From the NCBI GenBank assembly GCA_950097015.1, contig CATNEN010000039.1:13888001-13952000 (forward strand): 64,000 nt of DNA, read 5' to 3'. This DNA comes from Macrostomum hystrix (Eukaryota; Animalia; Platyhelminthes). Of this stretch, positions 1 through 9,539 are shown in pieces. The translations under genes and the position numbers were made by a program. The stretch's first letter is position 1; every line of letters begins with the position of its first letter. The notes under the pieces were generated by a model that did not search any database, was not told the origin of the DNA, and worked only from the letters and a program-made list of their open reading frames with translations.

Positions 1-92
1 TCGACGCTCTGGTTTCATAATCGACGCTCTGGTTTCATTATCGACGCTCTGGTTTCATAATCGACGCTCTGGTTTCATATTCGACGCTCTGG
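1..92. repeat. 20-bp tandem repeat (TCGACGCTCTGGTTTCATAA), runs off the window start
   Basis: About 4.5 near-identical copies visible directly. Confidence 0.95.
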
Positions 93-1344
93 TTAGTGAT
101 TTTATGTAAGCTTGTTCAAGTCAGTTGAAGGCCTGATTTTACAGACTTTGCCCTCAAACTTACTGTTCAGCGCAGCGAACCTTTGCGGCGCATTTTCACA
201 GAACAGCCTAAAACAGGAAAAGTGCAAGCTAGAAGTGATTGCCACACACCGTCAGAGAAGAGCGTGAACAAGCCGCTATGCAGTCTGTCTCGCAATGAAG
301 CACTGAGTTTTCCTGCAACAAAAGATGTATGAGCTCTCTAGTTCGTAGCTTTGGGCGCACTAAACATTTCCTCTCGTCTCGTGTGTAAGCAGGCTTTAGT
401 GTTTGCACCGCCTTACCTGCCTGTTCACTCCATCTTTCGGTCTGCATGTCTGCCGCCATTACCTAACCAGCAGGTTTTCATTAACCCGCGAATTAATTGG
501 GTCGAGGCCTCGACAACGACCTCCTGAGTTGTTGGTGCAGGTGGCCCTACCGGGGCACGAGGGATGAGAAATGACTCGCTATGAAGGTAGGCAATGCTAG
601 GAGAAAAATATTATTTAGACTTAGCTGGGGGAACTCAGGTGCTAGTCTAATTGGGAGTTGAAAGCAAGGCACAAGGTAGTATAACGCAAACATAAATTTT
701 GCCCCTGGTGAAAGTACTATGAATTGACGTGATTCAAGAAAATTACTGAGCTTCTCATATTTCCTACTAAGTAAAAATAATTTTTCAACACTCATTACCT
801 ACTCTTTTCTTGCTTAGTCCCATAGAATTGCATGGAATAGTTGCAATCCGATGACAGGTGTTGCGCTTGTTAAGGATGAGAGAATAAACATGACAACCTA
901 GTCCAGTTGGGCCACATGTACATCGAGTGGCACAGCATCGAGCAGCTGCTGTTAGCGCTGCGTTTCTAAAGACTGTGTACAGCTGTTCAGTCCGTAGACA
1001 AGAGAGGCTGCGACACCCGCATTACTTCATTTTCTCGCCCTCTTTCACTCTGGCGAGTGGAAGCTCGGTTTTAACTCCGCTACGGTAGTTGAGATCGTCA
1101 TTCGCCTTGGAATCGACTGCAGATCCATCTTAATGTTTCAGCGCCAGCCGAAACTGGGGCGTTCTTCCTCTCTCGATATTTATCTTCGCCACCATCCATT
1201 TCTGTTTTTATGGGCTAGTCAGTCAGAGTCAGATCCACTGGATTCGCATGCAAAGCATTAACAGCTCGCCTCGTCAAAAAATTTCTGGACGTTGTGGGAC
1301 AACTACGTTCAAACGCTAACATATCTCATTACTCCCATCTCTCA

Positions 1345-1541
1345 TGTCTTTACTGTCTTGTCCATCTACTGTTTCATGTCTTTTATAAATCTACTGTCTC
1401 ATCTCTCTACTGTCTTATCCATCAAATGTCTCATCTCTCTACTGTCTTATCCATCAAATGTCTCATCTCTCTACTGTCTACTGTCTACTGTCTAGTATCT
1501 ACTGTCTACTGTCTACTATCTACTGTCTACTGTCTGCTGTT

Positions 1542-1573
<32 letters not shown>

Positions 1574-1588
1574 ATCTACTATCTACTT
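1345..1588. repeat. Compound repeat: ~31-bp unit grading into (CTACTGT)n 7-mer
   Basis: TGTCTCATCTCTCTACTGTCTTATCCATCAAA is repeated, then CTACTGT runs follow. Confidence 0.85.
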
Positions 1589-2370
1589 ACCCTCTCCCGC
1601 TTCTGACCTCCCACGCATGGCAAAAATGCGTCATTCACAGAGAATGGAGACTTTTAATCTACCTATTATATAAAATTTTTGTCTAATATTTTGCATACCT
1701 AATATAATTCTCCAATAACGGAATCATAAAAAGGCGAGTTCAAAGCTTTCCATTTTTGTTTTAAACCAGAATCCAAGAGTGGCAATGGCTTCTTTAGCTT
1801 TACTCTTTACTCTAGAGAAATAGTTTTTTTCTGCTTCGTCTCTGATCTTCATTTAAAGTTTAATGAACATGCAAAAATCTACCAAATTGATCAGTTCGCT
1901 GGCTTTTATAATGCTTGAATGATATTTACAAATGAGTCAAAACGCGTGCTACAATTCGTTTAAATAGTGAATGAGAGCTCTCTAATGATAGCAGAATCTG
2001 TGACATTACTTCCCGAAGAAATCATGCTAAATTTTTATTCGCAGAAAGAGGTAACCGTTACGGCTGAAAAGTCTGTGTGCAACCTTAAGGCAGAGTTAAT
2101 GCTCCGTATTTAAACAACACGAGATAAGGAGGGGTAGAGGGTAAGAGATGAAAATGAGGGAGTGCAGAAAGCGAGAAGAACAGCGAGCCAATCAGAGACG
2201 ATGGAGAGAAGTGACAAAATAAGCTAAACAGACAGTGGAGAGTGTGGAGAAAGTGCAGTTTCTCCACAGGGCGCGTATCATCGCAAACAAACACAGCGAG
2301 GGAGAGAGAAATAGGCGAAGTAAAAAAATATGAAGGAAGTGAAGTTAAGAGCTTAAACTTTATATTAAGT

Positions 2371-2844
2371 TAGTTACATAATTGCAGGGAGGCCTGGGGC
2401 CTTGACGCACAAGCACAGGAACGGCATGCCCCCAGGCCGGCGAACTAGGCGGAAGTCGCCCATCGCGCCATCTGGACCCCTAAAGGCACCTCACACACAG
2501 CCGCAAGCCAAGCGGGGAAGGGGGCGATGCCTGATGCCTCTCGCAGACGAGAGGACCAAGCCACGCGCGCAGACGGTTGGCTGGTGCACACCCGCCCCAC
2601 CCCCCATACAACGCCTCACACCCAGCCCAACGCACAAACACAAACACAAACAAGCAGGCATGCAGAAGGCAGGGGTTAAGCTATTTTAAATTTAGCTTAG
2701 GTTGCACATAATAAGGTGCATCTCCGCAAGTCACTACTTCGCAAACCTCCAACTAAGCCCCGAAATAATCGTGACTTAAAGGGAGGAACGAACCAGCGAC
2801 CAGAAAGTGAGGCGGTGACATTAGCCGCTGACCCATTCACCCCC
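2371..2844 (-). mobile_element. tRNA-derived SINE (family B), full length, with 11-bp target-site duplication
   Basis: Minus-strand head has an A-box-like TGGGTCAGCGGC (2835-2824) and a B-box-like GGTTCGTTCCT (2794-2784). Identical TTATATTAAGT flanks at 2360-2370 and 2845-2855. The 3' end (...GCCCCAGGCCTCCCTGCAATTA) is homologous to the tail of the SINE at 41470. Confidence 0.75.
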
Positions 2845-2853
2845 TTATATTAA

Positions 2854-2965
2854 GTCGCACAGGTAGACGCACTCGAGTAGTCCGCGAATGCTCACGGTGC
2901 GGTAGGCCAGCGCGTTTGACATGCTCATGCCGTCGACCAAGGTGCGATCGCCAGAAACGAAAGCT
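2854..2965 (-). pseudogene. 3' half of a PAN/apple-like exon, split by the Gypsy insertion
   Basis: Near-identical to 33997-34105. Reads AFVSGDRTLVDGMSMSNALAYRTVSIRGLLECVYLCD, then LI-stop, so it is truncated relative to the paralogue. Confidence 0.85.
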
Positions 2966-5900
2966 TACACTTCTCTGACGTGCCGGGGTTTGAGCCGTGA
3001 ATGAACCGTGAACTGTGTTAAGCAAGTGAACTGTGGTAGATCTGCAGGCCTGCGCGCCAACTGCACTCTGACCCAATGTACGCAGCCTGAATATTGATTA
3101 TTGATGTACTCAACACCTGTTGACTTTTAAGCCTTGTTGACTCGTCTACTTATATATATATGCAAGTGTATCGTGAAACATCGTGACTAATAAACTAAAT
3201 TCGCTACTAACCCAAACCAAGCCTACGGGCAGTCTTGCCTTATACTCCTGAGCACGGCTTGACAATGGCATCGCAAGCATCTGAACTAAACCTGGAAGAT
3301 CCAGACACAGCCGAAGCCTGGCTGCTCAGTTTCGCGGCCGCTGCACGGACCAAGAAACTGAAGGATTCGGAAGAGGAACACCAGATCACTGATCTATTCC
3401 TCTCGAGGGCAGGCCTCAAGGCACTGAGAACCCTGACCCTCATGGCTGCCCCAGACAGCCTGGAGACCAAAACATTCGCACAGATCCGCGACATCATCGA
3501 TGCAACCATTCGGCCCAAGCGGCGCCTCACCATTGCCGAGAGGGTGAAATTCCTCTCCCTCAGGCAGGATCCGAGCGAAGGCGTCGCATCGTACTACCGC
3601 CGGCTCCGAGCAGCTGCTGCCTCGTGCAGTTTTGAGAAGCTAGGCTCGAAACAGACCTGTGAGGACGAACTCATCACCATGAGGCTCGTGGACGGTCTTG
3701 CCTCCGTGGACCACAAGCGCAGACTGCTGGAGAGGATGCAGGGCATCGACATGCTGCTGACCGATGTGCTGCAAGAGCTTGAGCAGTTGGAGCAGATTCG
3801 CTACTACAACGCCGGCACCGGGCCCACCGTCACCACCGAGTCAAGCATCGCCTATGCAGGTCGGCGCGCCGCACCTCCACAGCTTCCTCCGGACACCAGA
3901 TCGCCGAGGCACACAACCAGGACGAAGTGCCAATACTGTGGCGGTTCGCACCAGCAGGGCTCATGCCCCGCCTTCGGCAAAAGGTGCACCACCTGCAACA
4001 AGAAAAACCACTACGCAGCCGTTTGCAGGTCCCGCACTGTGCACTTGGAGACCTGGGAGGAGGACGATGATGCCGCCCCGAAGCCAGATGCCGCCAACGT
4101 CTTCGTCATCAGACCGGAGAACAAGGAGCGAAAAGGCATCTTCCGGCGCGTCAAGATCAACGGCAAAGAGCTGCAGATGCAAGTGGACACAGGCACCGAC
4201 GTAAGCCTCATTCCCAGGGGCCACTGGGAGATGCTCGGGCGTCCAGCGCTGAGGAAGTCCAAGCGAATCCTGAGGCAATTTGATGGATCAATAATCAAGA
4301 CCCTGGGCGAGTTCACAGCAACGTGGAATGATAAAGACAAGTTCCGCACTGTCGACTTGGTTGTCACTGCAGCACACAAGTCACACGGGCTGTTGGGCCT
4401 CGACAACCTGGATTGGAACTCTGAGAGGCAGACAGTCGGTGGCCAAGGCACTGCAGTACAGCACCTCAATTGCCTGAAGGGTTTCCAAGCCAGAATCAAG
4501 CTGATCGAAGGTGCCAAGCCATTCTACTGCGCAGCCAGAGCGGTGCCGCTGCACCTGCGCGACCGCGTCAACCAAGAGCTGAAGCGCCTCCAGGCTGAAG
4601 GAATAATTGAACCAGTGACCGAAGGCGGTAGCGAGTGGGCGTCACCAATCGTCTGCGTCCTCAAACCCAACGGCAACATAAGAATTTGTGCCGATTACAA
4701 GGCGGGAGTCAATCATCAAGTGTGCGGAGACACCTATCCAATGCCAACCGTCGAGACCATCTTCTCGGATGTCGCCGGAATGACTGACTTCGCGACCCTC
4801 GACCTATCTGACGCGAATCTACAGATTGAACTCGAGGAGAAGAGCAGGGAAGTCACTACGATTGCGACCCCACTCGGTCTGTTTCGCTACACCCGACTCG
4901 TGCCGGGCCTCAAGTCAGCATCCGCCATCTTTCAAAAGGCCATGGAGACTACCCTTGAGGAGGTGAACGGCAAGGTCATCTATCAAGACGATATTCTGCT
5001 CGGAGGTCGCTCCAGCGAAGATCTCAAAGCCAAAGTCGATGAAGTAATTAAGATCCTCCAGGCAGCCGGAATGAACATAAATCTCGCCAAGTCCAACTTG
5101 GGCGCCAAGAGCGTCAAGTTCCTCGGCTACAGAATCGGTGCAGAAGGAATCTCTCCGGACCCTGGACTGGTCAGCAAGATCAAAGAAATCACTGCACCAC
5201 GCGACCGTCGCCAGTTGGAGTCCTTCCTCGGCCTCTGCAATTTCTTCGGAAGGTTCGTCAACAATTATGCGCACATCGTCGAGCCCCTGAACCAGCTGCG
5301 CAAGAAGGGAGTGGAGTTCACTTGGACAACTGCACAGGAAGCGGCCTTCCACCAGCTAAAGAACCTCCTGAGCTCCAGCCCGATCATCCAGCCATACGAC
5401 CGGACAAAGGAAACAACGCTCACGACCGACGCCAGTGAGAAGGCGGTGGCCGCCGTGCTCACGCAAGAAGGTCATCCCGTCATCTACTTCAGCAGGCGGT
5501 TGACGGAGGCAGAGACACGCTACTCCAACATCGAACGGGAGGCGCTGGCGATTGTGTGGTCAATGGAGAGGTCCCGTCAGTTCCTACTGGGCAAGCGCTT
5601 CACTCTGCGAACCGACCACCGCCCTCTCGAGTTTCTGTTCGGGGCACGGCAGCAGCTCCCTAAAGTCGCCAATGCCCGCATCCTGCGCTGGGCGATCCGC
5701 CTCATGGGATTTGACTTCGCTATTGAGTACGCCCGCGGAGTCGACATCCCGCACGCCGATGCGTTGTCTCGTCTTGACTTCGCTGACGTCCCGGACGATC
5801 CATATGAGGCGGCACCCCAACAACACCTGGTGCATTGGGCCGGTGAAAGCGTCATCGGCTGGACTGAGCTGGCAGAGGAGACAAAGCGCGATAGACTGCT

Positions 5901-6686
5901 AGCGGACATCACTCGAAGGATAGCTGGAAACCGTTGGTCGGGTTGCTCGCCTGCGGAACGGCAATTCAAAGCAATTCGACATGCGCTCACTCTAGACGGC
6001 TCGGTGGTGTGCTACGGCGATCGCCCGGTCATTCCTGCTTCACTACGCAGTCGCGTCCTGGAATTGGTGCACAGCGGGGCGCATCCGGGCGCCACGAGCA
6101 CTCGAGCGCTGGTCCGCAACTCCGTCTGGTGGCCAGGCTACTGCGGTGACGTCGAAGGATTCGTCCGTGCCTGCCACACCTGCGCCAAGCAACGTCAAAG
6201 TAGTCACAGCAGTGTCCACCAATGGCCCGCCGAGTCTGAGCCTTGGGGGCGCGTGCACATGGACCACGCTCACGTTCCGAAGGTCGGGCTCCTGCTGATC
6301 CTGGTCGACGCCATGTCTGCCTGGCCGGAGGCTATCCGAGTGCCCGACAAGAGCGCCGCCACCGTCAGGCGGGTCCTCCAGGAGGTCTTCGCCCGCAACG
6401 GAGTGCCGAGAACCCTGGTGAGTGACAATGCTGCAGAGTTCCATGATGAGGGGTTGGTGAGCTGGCTGCACAGAATCGGCTGCCGCGCTGTGAAAACCCC
6501 ACCATATCATCCCCAGTCCAACGGCCTGGCCGAGCGAATGGTGCAGACAATCAAGGTGGCCTCGGCGGGCTGGGATCAGCAGGAGCCGTACGACGCGTTC
6601 CTGGCACGGATCCTACTGAACTACCGATGTGTACCGCACGCCGGAAGGGAGTTCAGCCCGGCGCAACTAATGGGAAGGCAGCTGCG
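2966..6686 (+). mobile_element. Ty3/Gypsy LTR retrotransposon segment (Mag-like): one LTR-like leader plus gag-pol, no 3' LTR
   Basis: Leader has (TA)n at ~3151, AATAAA at ~3189 and ends ...TGACA (3264) followed by a TGG-starting PBS candidate. Gag-pol ORF follows. Flanked by AACGAAAGCT at 2956-2965 and 6687-6696. Confidence 0.9.
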
Positions 6687-6735
6687 AACGAAAGCTCCCT
6701 CTGCCGTAAAAATGGAAACAAGGTCGGTGCCTTGA
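3265..6735 (+). CDS. Gypsy gag-pol polyprotein (Gag zinc knuckles, aspartic protease, RT, RNase H, integrase)
   Basis: CQYCGGSH...C and CTTCNKKNHYAAVC knuckles; VDTG protease; WASPIV..KPNGNIRICADY and YQDD in RT; TDAS/EREAL/TDHRPL in RNase H; HSGAHPG..CHTC and D,D(SDN),E(GLAER) in integrase. The last ~14 aa are read from host DNA. Confidence 0.95.
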   Translation: MASQASELNLEDPDTAEAWLLSFAAAARTKKLKDSEEEHQITDLFLSRAGLKALRTLTLMAAPDSLETKTFAQIRDIIDATIRPKRRLTIAERVKFLSLRQDPSEGVASYYRRLRAAAASCSFEKLGSKQTCEDELITMRLVDGLASVDHKRRLLERMQGIDMLLTDVLQELEQLEQIRYYNAGTGPTVTTESSIAYAGRRAAPPQLPPDTRSPRHTTRTKCQYCGGSHQQGSCPAFGKRCTTCNKKNHYAAVCRSRTVHLETWEEDDDAAPKPDAANVFVIRPENKERKGIFRRVKINGKELQMQVDTGTDVSLIPRGHWEMLGRPALRKSKRILRQFDGSIIKTLGEFTATWNDKDKFRTVDLVVTAAHKSHGLLGLDNLDWNSERQTVGGQGTAVQHLNCLKGFQARIKLIEGAKPFYCAARAVPLHLRDRVNQELKRLQAEGIIEPVTEGGSEWASPIVCVLKPNGNIRICADYKAGVNHQVCGDTYPMPTVETIFSDVAGMTDFATLDLSDANLQIELEEKSREVTTIATPLGLFRYTRLVPGLKSASAIFQKAMETTLEEVNGKVIYQDDILLGGRSSEDLKAKVDEVIKILQAAGMNINLAKSNLGAKSVKFLGYRIGAEGISPDPGLVSKIKEITAPRDRRQLESFLGLCNFFGRFVNNYAHIVEPLNQLRKKGVEFTWTTAQEAAFHQLKNLLSSSPIIQPYDRTKETTLTTDASEKAVAAVLTQEGHPVIYFSRRLTEAETRYSNIEREALAIVWSMERSRQFLLGKRFTLRTDHRPLEFLFGARQQLPKVANARILRWAIRLMGFDFAIEYARGVDIPHADALSRLDFADVPDDPYEAAPQQHLVHWAGESVIGWTELAEETKRDRLLADITRRIAGNRWSGCSPAERQFKAIRHALTLDGSVVCYGDRPVIPASLRSRVLELVHSGAHPGATSTRALVRNSVWWPGYCGDVEGFVRACHTCAKQRQSSHSSVHQWPAESEPWGRVHMDHAHVPKVGLLLILVDAMSAWPEAIRVPDKSAATVRRVLQEVFARNGVPRTLVSDNAAEFHDEGLVSWLHRIGCRAVKTPPYHPQSNGLAERMVQTIKVASAGWDQQEPYDAFLARILLNYRCVPHAGREFSPAQLMGRQLRTKAPSAVKMETRSVP
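6687..6735 (-). pseudogene. 5' half of the split PAN/apple-like exon
   Basis: Minus strand reads GTDLVSIFTAEGAF, versus GNDRVFTFTAEGAF in the intact paralogue at ~34097-34141. Confidence 0.75.
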
Positions 6736-6783
6736 TGAGACCCACCCCGAGTATCCCCTCCTGGGTCTCACCAACTGAGACTG

Positions 6784-7088
6784 AGAGCTGCAGTTAGAAT
6801 CGTTGTAAGAGCTGCAGTTAGAATCGTTGAAAGAGCTGCAGTTAGAATCGTTGTAAGAGCTGCAGCTAGAATCGTTGAAAGAGCTGCAGTTAGAATCGTT
6901 GTAAGAGCTGCAGTTAGAATCGTTGAAAGAGCTGCAGTTAGAATCGTTGTAAGAGCTGCAGTTAGAATCGTTGTAAGAGCTGCAGTTAGAATCGTTGTAA
7001 GAGCTGCAGCAAGAATCGTTGTAAGAGCTGCAGTTAGAATCGTTGTAAGAGCTGCAGTTAGAATCGTTGTAAGAGCTGCAGTTAGAAT
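6784..7088. repeat. 24-bp tandem repeat (AGAGCTGCAGTTAGAATCGTTGTA)
   Basis: About 12.5 copies. Confidence 0.95.
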
Positions 7089-7524
7089 TCAGAATTCAGA
7101 TCCACCAGCTTCATTCAGATACAAATGGCTAGCTGCTAAAGTTATTTCATTAAGGTGTAATTACCACCTTTTTGTCAGCGATGGCTCATATATTTTAATG
7201 TATAAAGTAATACCATATAGTTTTTTGTAGTAGAGAGAAGTCTTTAATTTATGCTGCTCGTCAAACAGTCATTTGAAGCGAGATGGACAGAGAAAATATC
7301 ATTTTAATCAGTATTTTAGTTTTCTTCAATAAGAAAAGTAAGTAAAAGTTGACTCGAGAAAATTATAAACTATTGGTTTCTTTTACAGTAATTAGTGCAA
7401 TGCACATAACTTTTAACTTTGGCCCTAGTTTTGACTCATTCCGATGATGTTATTTCATTCGAATGTTCTGCAACAAGACGCGATCTCTATGACAGTTGAA
7501 TGACTCAATTGGTTAAACGAGGTC

Positions 7525-7928
7525 TCACACAATATAGAAGCCGTACGCCATGAGCTCACAGAAGGTGATACAATTATTCAGGTAGCTCAATAGGCGGATC
7601 TTAATCCCAGTTAGTCCACAGGTAACATTGGTAACATCGAATGGCGTGGTGATATTCACTCCGCCGCAGACAACATCGTTAATGAACAGAGCGAAGTTGT
7701 TCATTCGTTCTGGATACTGGTCGAGGCGGTTGTACACCGTTGCGTAAGTGACAACAGACTCCCGGACCAGATAGGCCTCCCACCATTCGCTTAGGCCACA
7801 GTTCGTGTGTACGCAGGATCCTGCAAAGAAATTAGAGTTCGTGTTACCGTCCATTGCCCGGATGCACGCGCCACCTTGAAAATACACGGACTTCTGGGTG
7901 CAGTTGTGCAGTTGCAGTTTCGGGGCAT
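7525..7928 (-). CDS. F-type lectin (fucolectin/FTP) domain exon
   Basis: RAMDGNTNSNFFAGSCVHT...WWEAYL...VYNRLDQYPERMNNF...ITFCELMAYG matches the F-lectin pattern (H..., R-x-D-x-x-x-E-R). Acceptor TTTTTTCAG at 7929-7937. Upstream exons were not identified. Confidence 0.75.
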
Positions 7929-8139
7929 CTGAAAAAATGTCAGTTTTTTCTAGCATTTATTTTGCATCTCCCAAGTAAGCTTCCGTGAACCTAACTCTGT
8001 GTAGTACCTCGGAAATGGATGGGATGTTTTTGAAGTTTAAAAACTTTAAAGGAACAGAAAAGTCTACTGATTTGAGGGGATGATAAGCAAACTTAGGGAA
8101 TTATACACTCTCTTACGGGGATGTTTTGCAAACCGCAAA

Positions 8140-8490
8140 CTTTCCGGTGAACTTGCACTTCGCAGGGTTCAAAGTTATGTTGTGGTCCTCTGACGTGATT
8201 CTGTGATTCTTCTCGGAAGCTTATTTGGTGAAACGCTTGTTTATCTCTTGCTCCAAAAAGTAGCAGGCACGAGACATCTCGTCGGTGATTTCCTCAAGCG
8301 TCGATATTGGTTGTTTTTCCGGTAAAACGAACTTGTTTACGTCAAGGAGGTCCAAAATGATGCGGACTTGACCTGGCTGTGACTTGGGGACGAATATTAT
8401 TCCGGAGACCCAGTCTGACGGTCCGCCGACTCTCTCAATGATTCCCGCTTGTTGTTGCGCCTCGAGCTCGCTTTCTTTTTTCCGTATTTC
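8140..8490 (-). pseudogene. Decayed Gypsy reverse-transcriptase fragment
   Basis: Manual translation: ELEAQQQAGIIERVGGPSDWVSGIIFVPKSQPGQVRIILDLLDVNKFVLPEKQPISTLEEITDEMSRACYF, then after a frameshift FHQISFREESQ and ITLNPAKCKF. The YxDD region is missing. Confidence 0.75.
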
Positions 8491-8520
8491 TTTTTGCTTT
8501 CTCGTCGCCTGGGCTTCTTG

Positions 8521-8866
8521 GGACGGATGTAGGGATGTAGGGATGAAGGGATTTAGGGATTTAGGGATTTAGGGATGAAGGGATTTAGGAATGTAGGGAT
8601 GAAGGGATGTAGGGATAAAGGGATGAAGGGATGTAGGGATGAAGGGTCGTAGGGATGTAGGGATGTAGGGATGAAGGGATGTAGGTATGAAGGGATGTAG
8701 GGATGTAGGGATGTAGGGATGTAGGGATGAAGGGTCGTAGGGATGAAGGGATGTAGGGATGTAGGGATGTAGGATGTATGGATGAAGGGATGAAGGGATG
8801 AAGGGATGTATGGATGAAGGGATGAAGGGATGTAGGGATGTTGGGATGTAGGGATATAGGGATGTA
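8521..8866. repeat. 8-bp tandem repeat (GGGATGTA/GGGATGAA)
   Basis: Direct inspection. Confidence 0.95.
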
Positions 8867-9539
8867 GTTGTTCACTGGCGCGGGGTAGAGTCCGGGGCGT
8901 TCGCGTCTTCTAGCGGGCAGTCGACGAAACACCGAGTTCGGGCCTGGCCGCGCCGACTGGCTGCCTCAGGCGTGAGCAGCCGCACCTCCTGCACTGGCTC
9001 TGGCAGTGGGACTGGGCGCGGATGATGTTGCCTGCCAGCTGGAGTCGCCGATGACGCAGCAATTGTACGGGTCATGCAGGCGCAGCGATAGAGTGCCGCG
9101 TTAGTGACCCGCTGGTGACTGATCTTAAAGGCGCGCAGCAGGTCACTGGCAGCGATCTAGAAGTCTCGAGGTACTCATATAGCTCGTACAATAGTAGTGG
9201 ATCTTACTCCTTGCTATTCGTCATGCAATGGGAAATTATGCCCCATATAGAGTACGGAATTGCAAAGAGAAAGAAGCACCCCTCTTTGAACATCTTGAAC
9301 ATTTTAGAACCTTTCCAAACTCCAAAATCGATATCGTTGTCCTTGTCACCGGGGTCTTCGACTGGAATCGCTGAATATCTCGACGATATTTTGATGGATT
9401 TTAAAGCCGTATCGGGCGGAAAATTTCGTGGTTTGATTACGCAAATAAATTTCTGTAAAAATAGGCACGAAAAGTTTAATACATTAAAGTCAGTAATTAG
9501 AGTTAATGAAGTAAATGAAGTTAACGGCTTTTAAGTTAA

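Noticed and set aside
229-459. Minus-strand ORF or exon near the window start
   Set aside because: Splice-like signals are present but there is no recognisable protein motif or partner exon.
2966-3030. Circularly permuted 1-LTR circle insertion
   Set aside because: The sequence before the LTR-like region does not continue the integrase C-terminus and lacks a clear polypurine tract.
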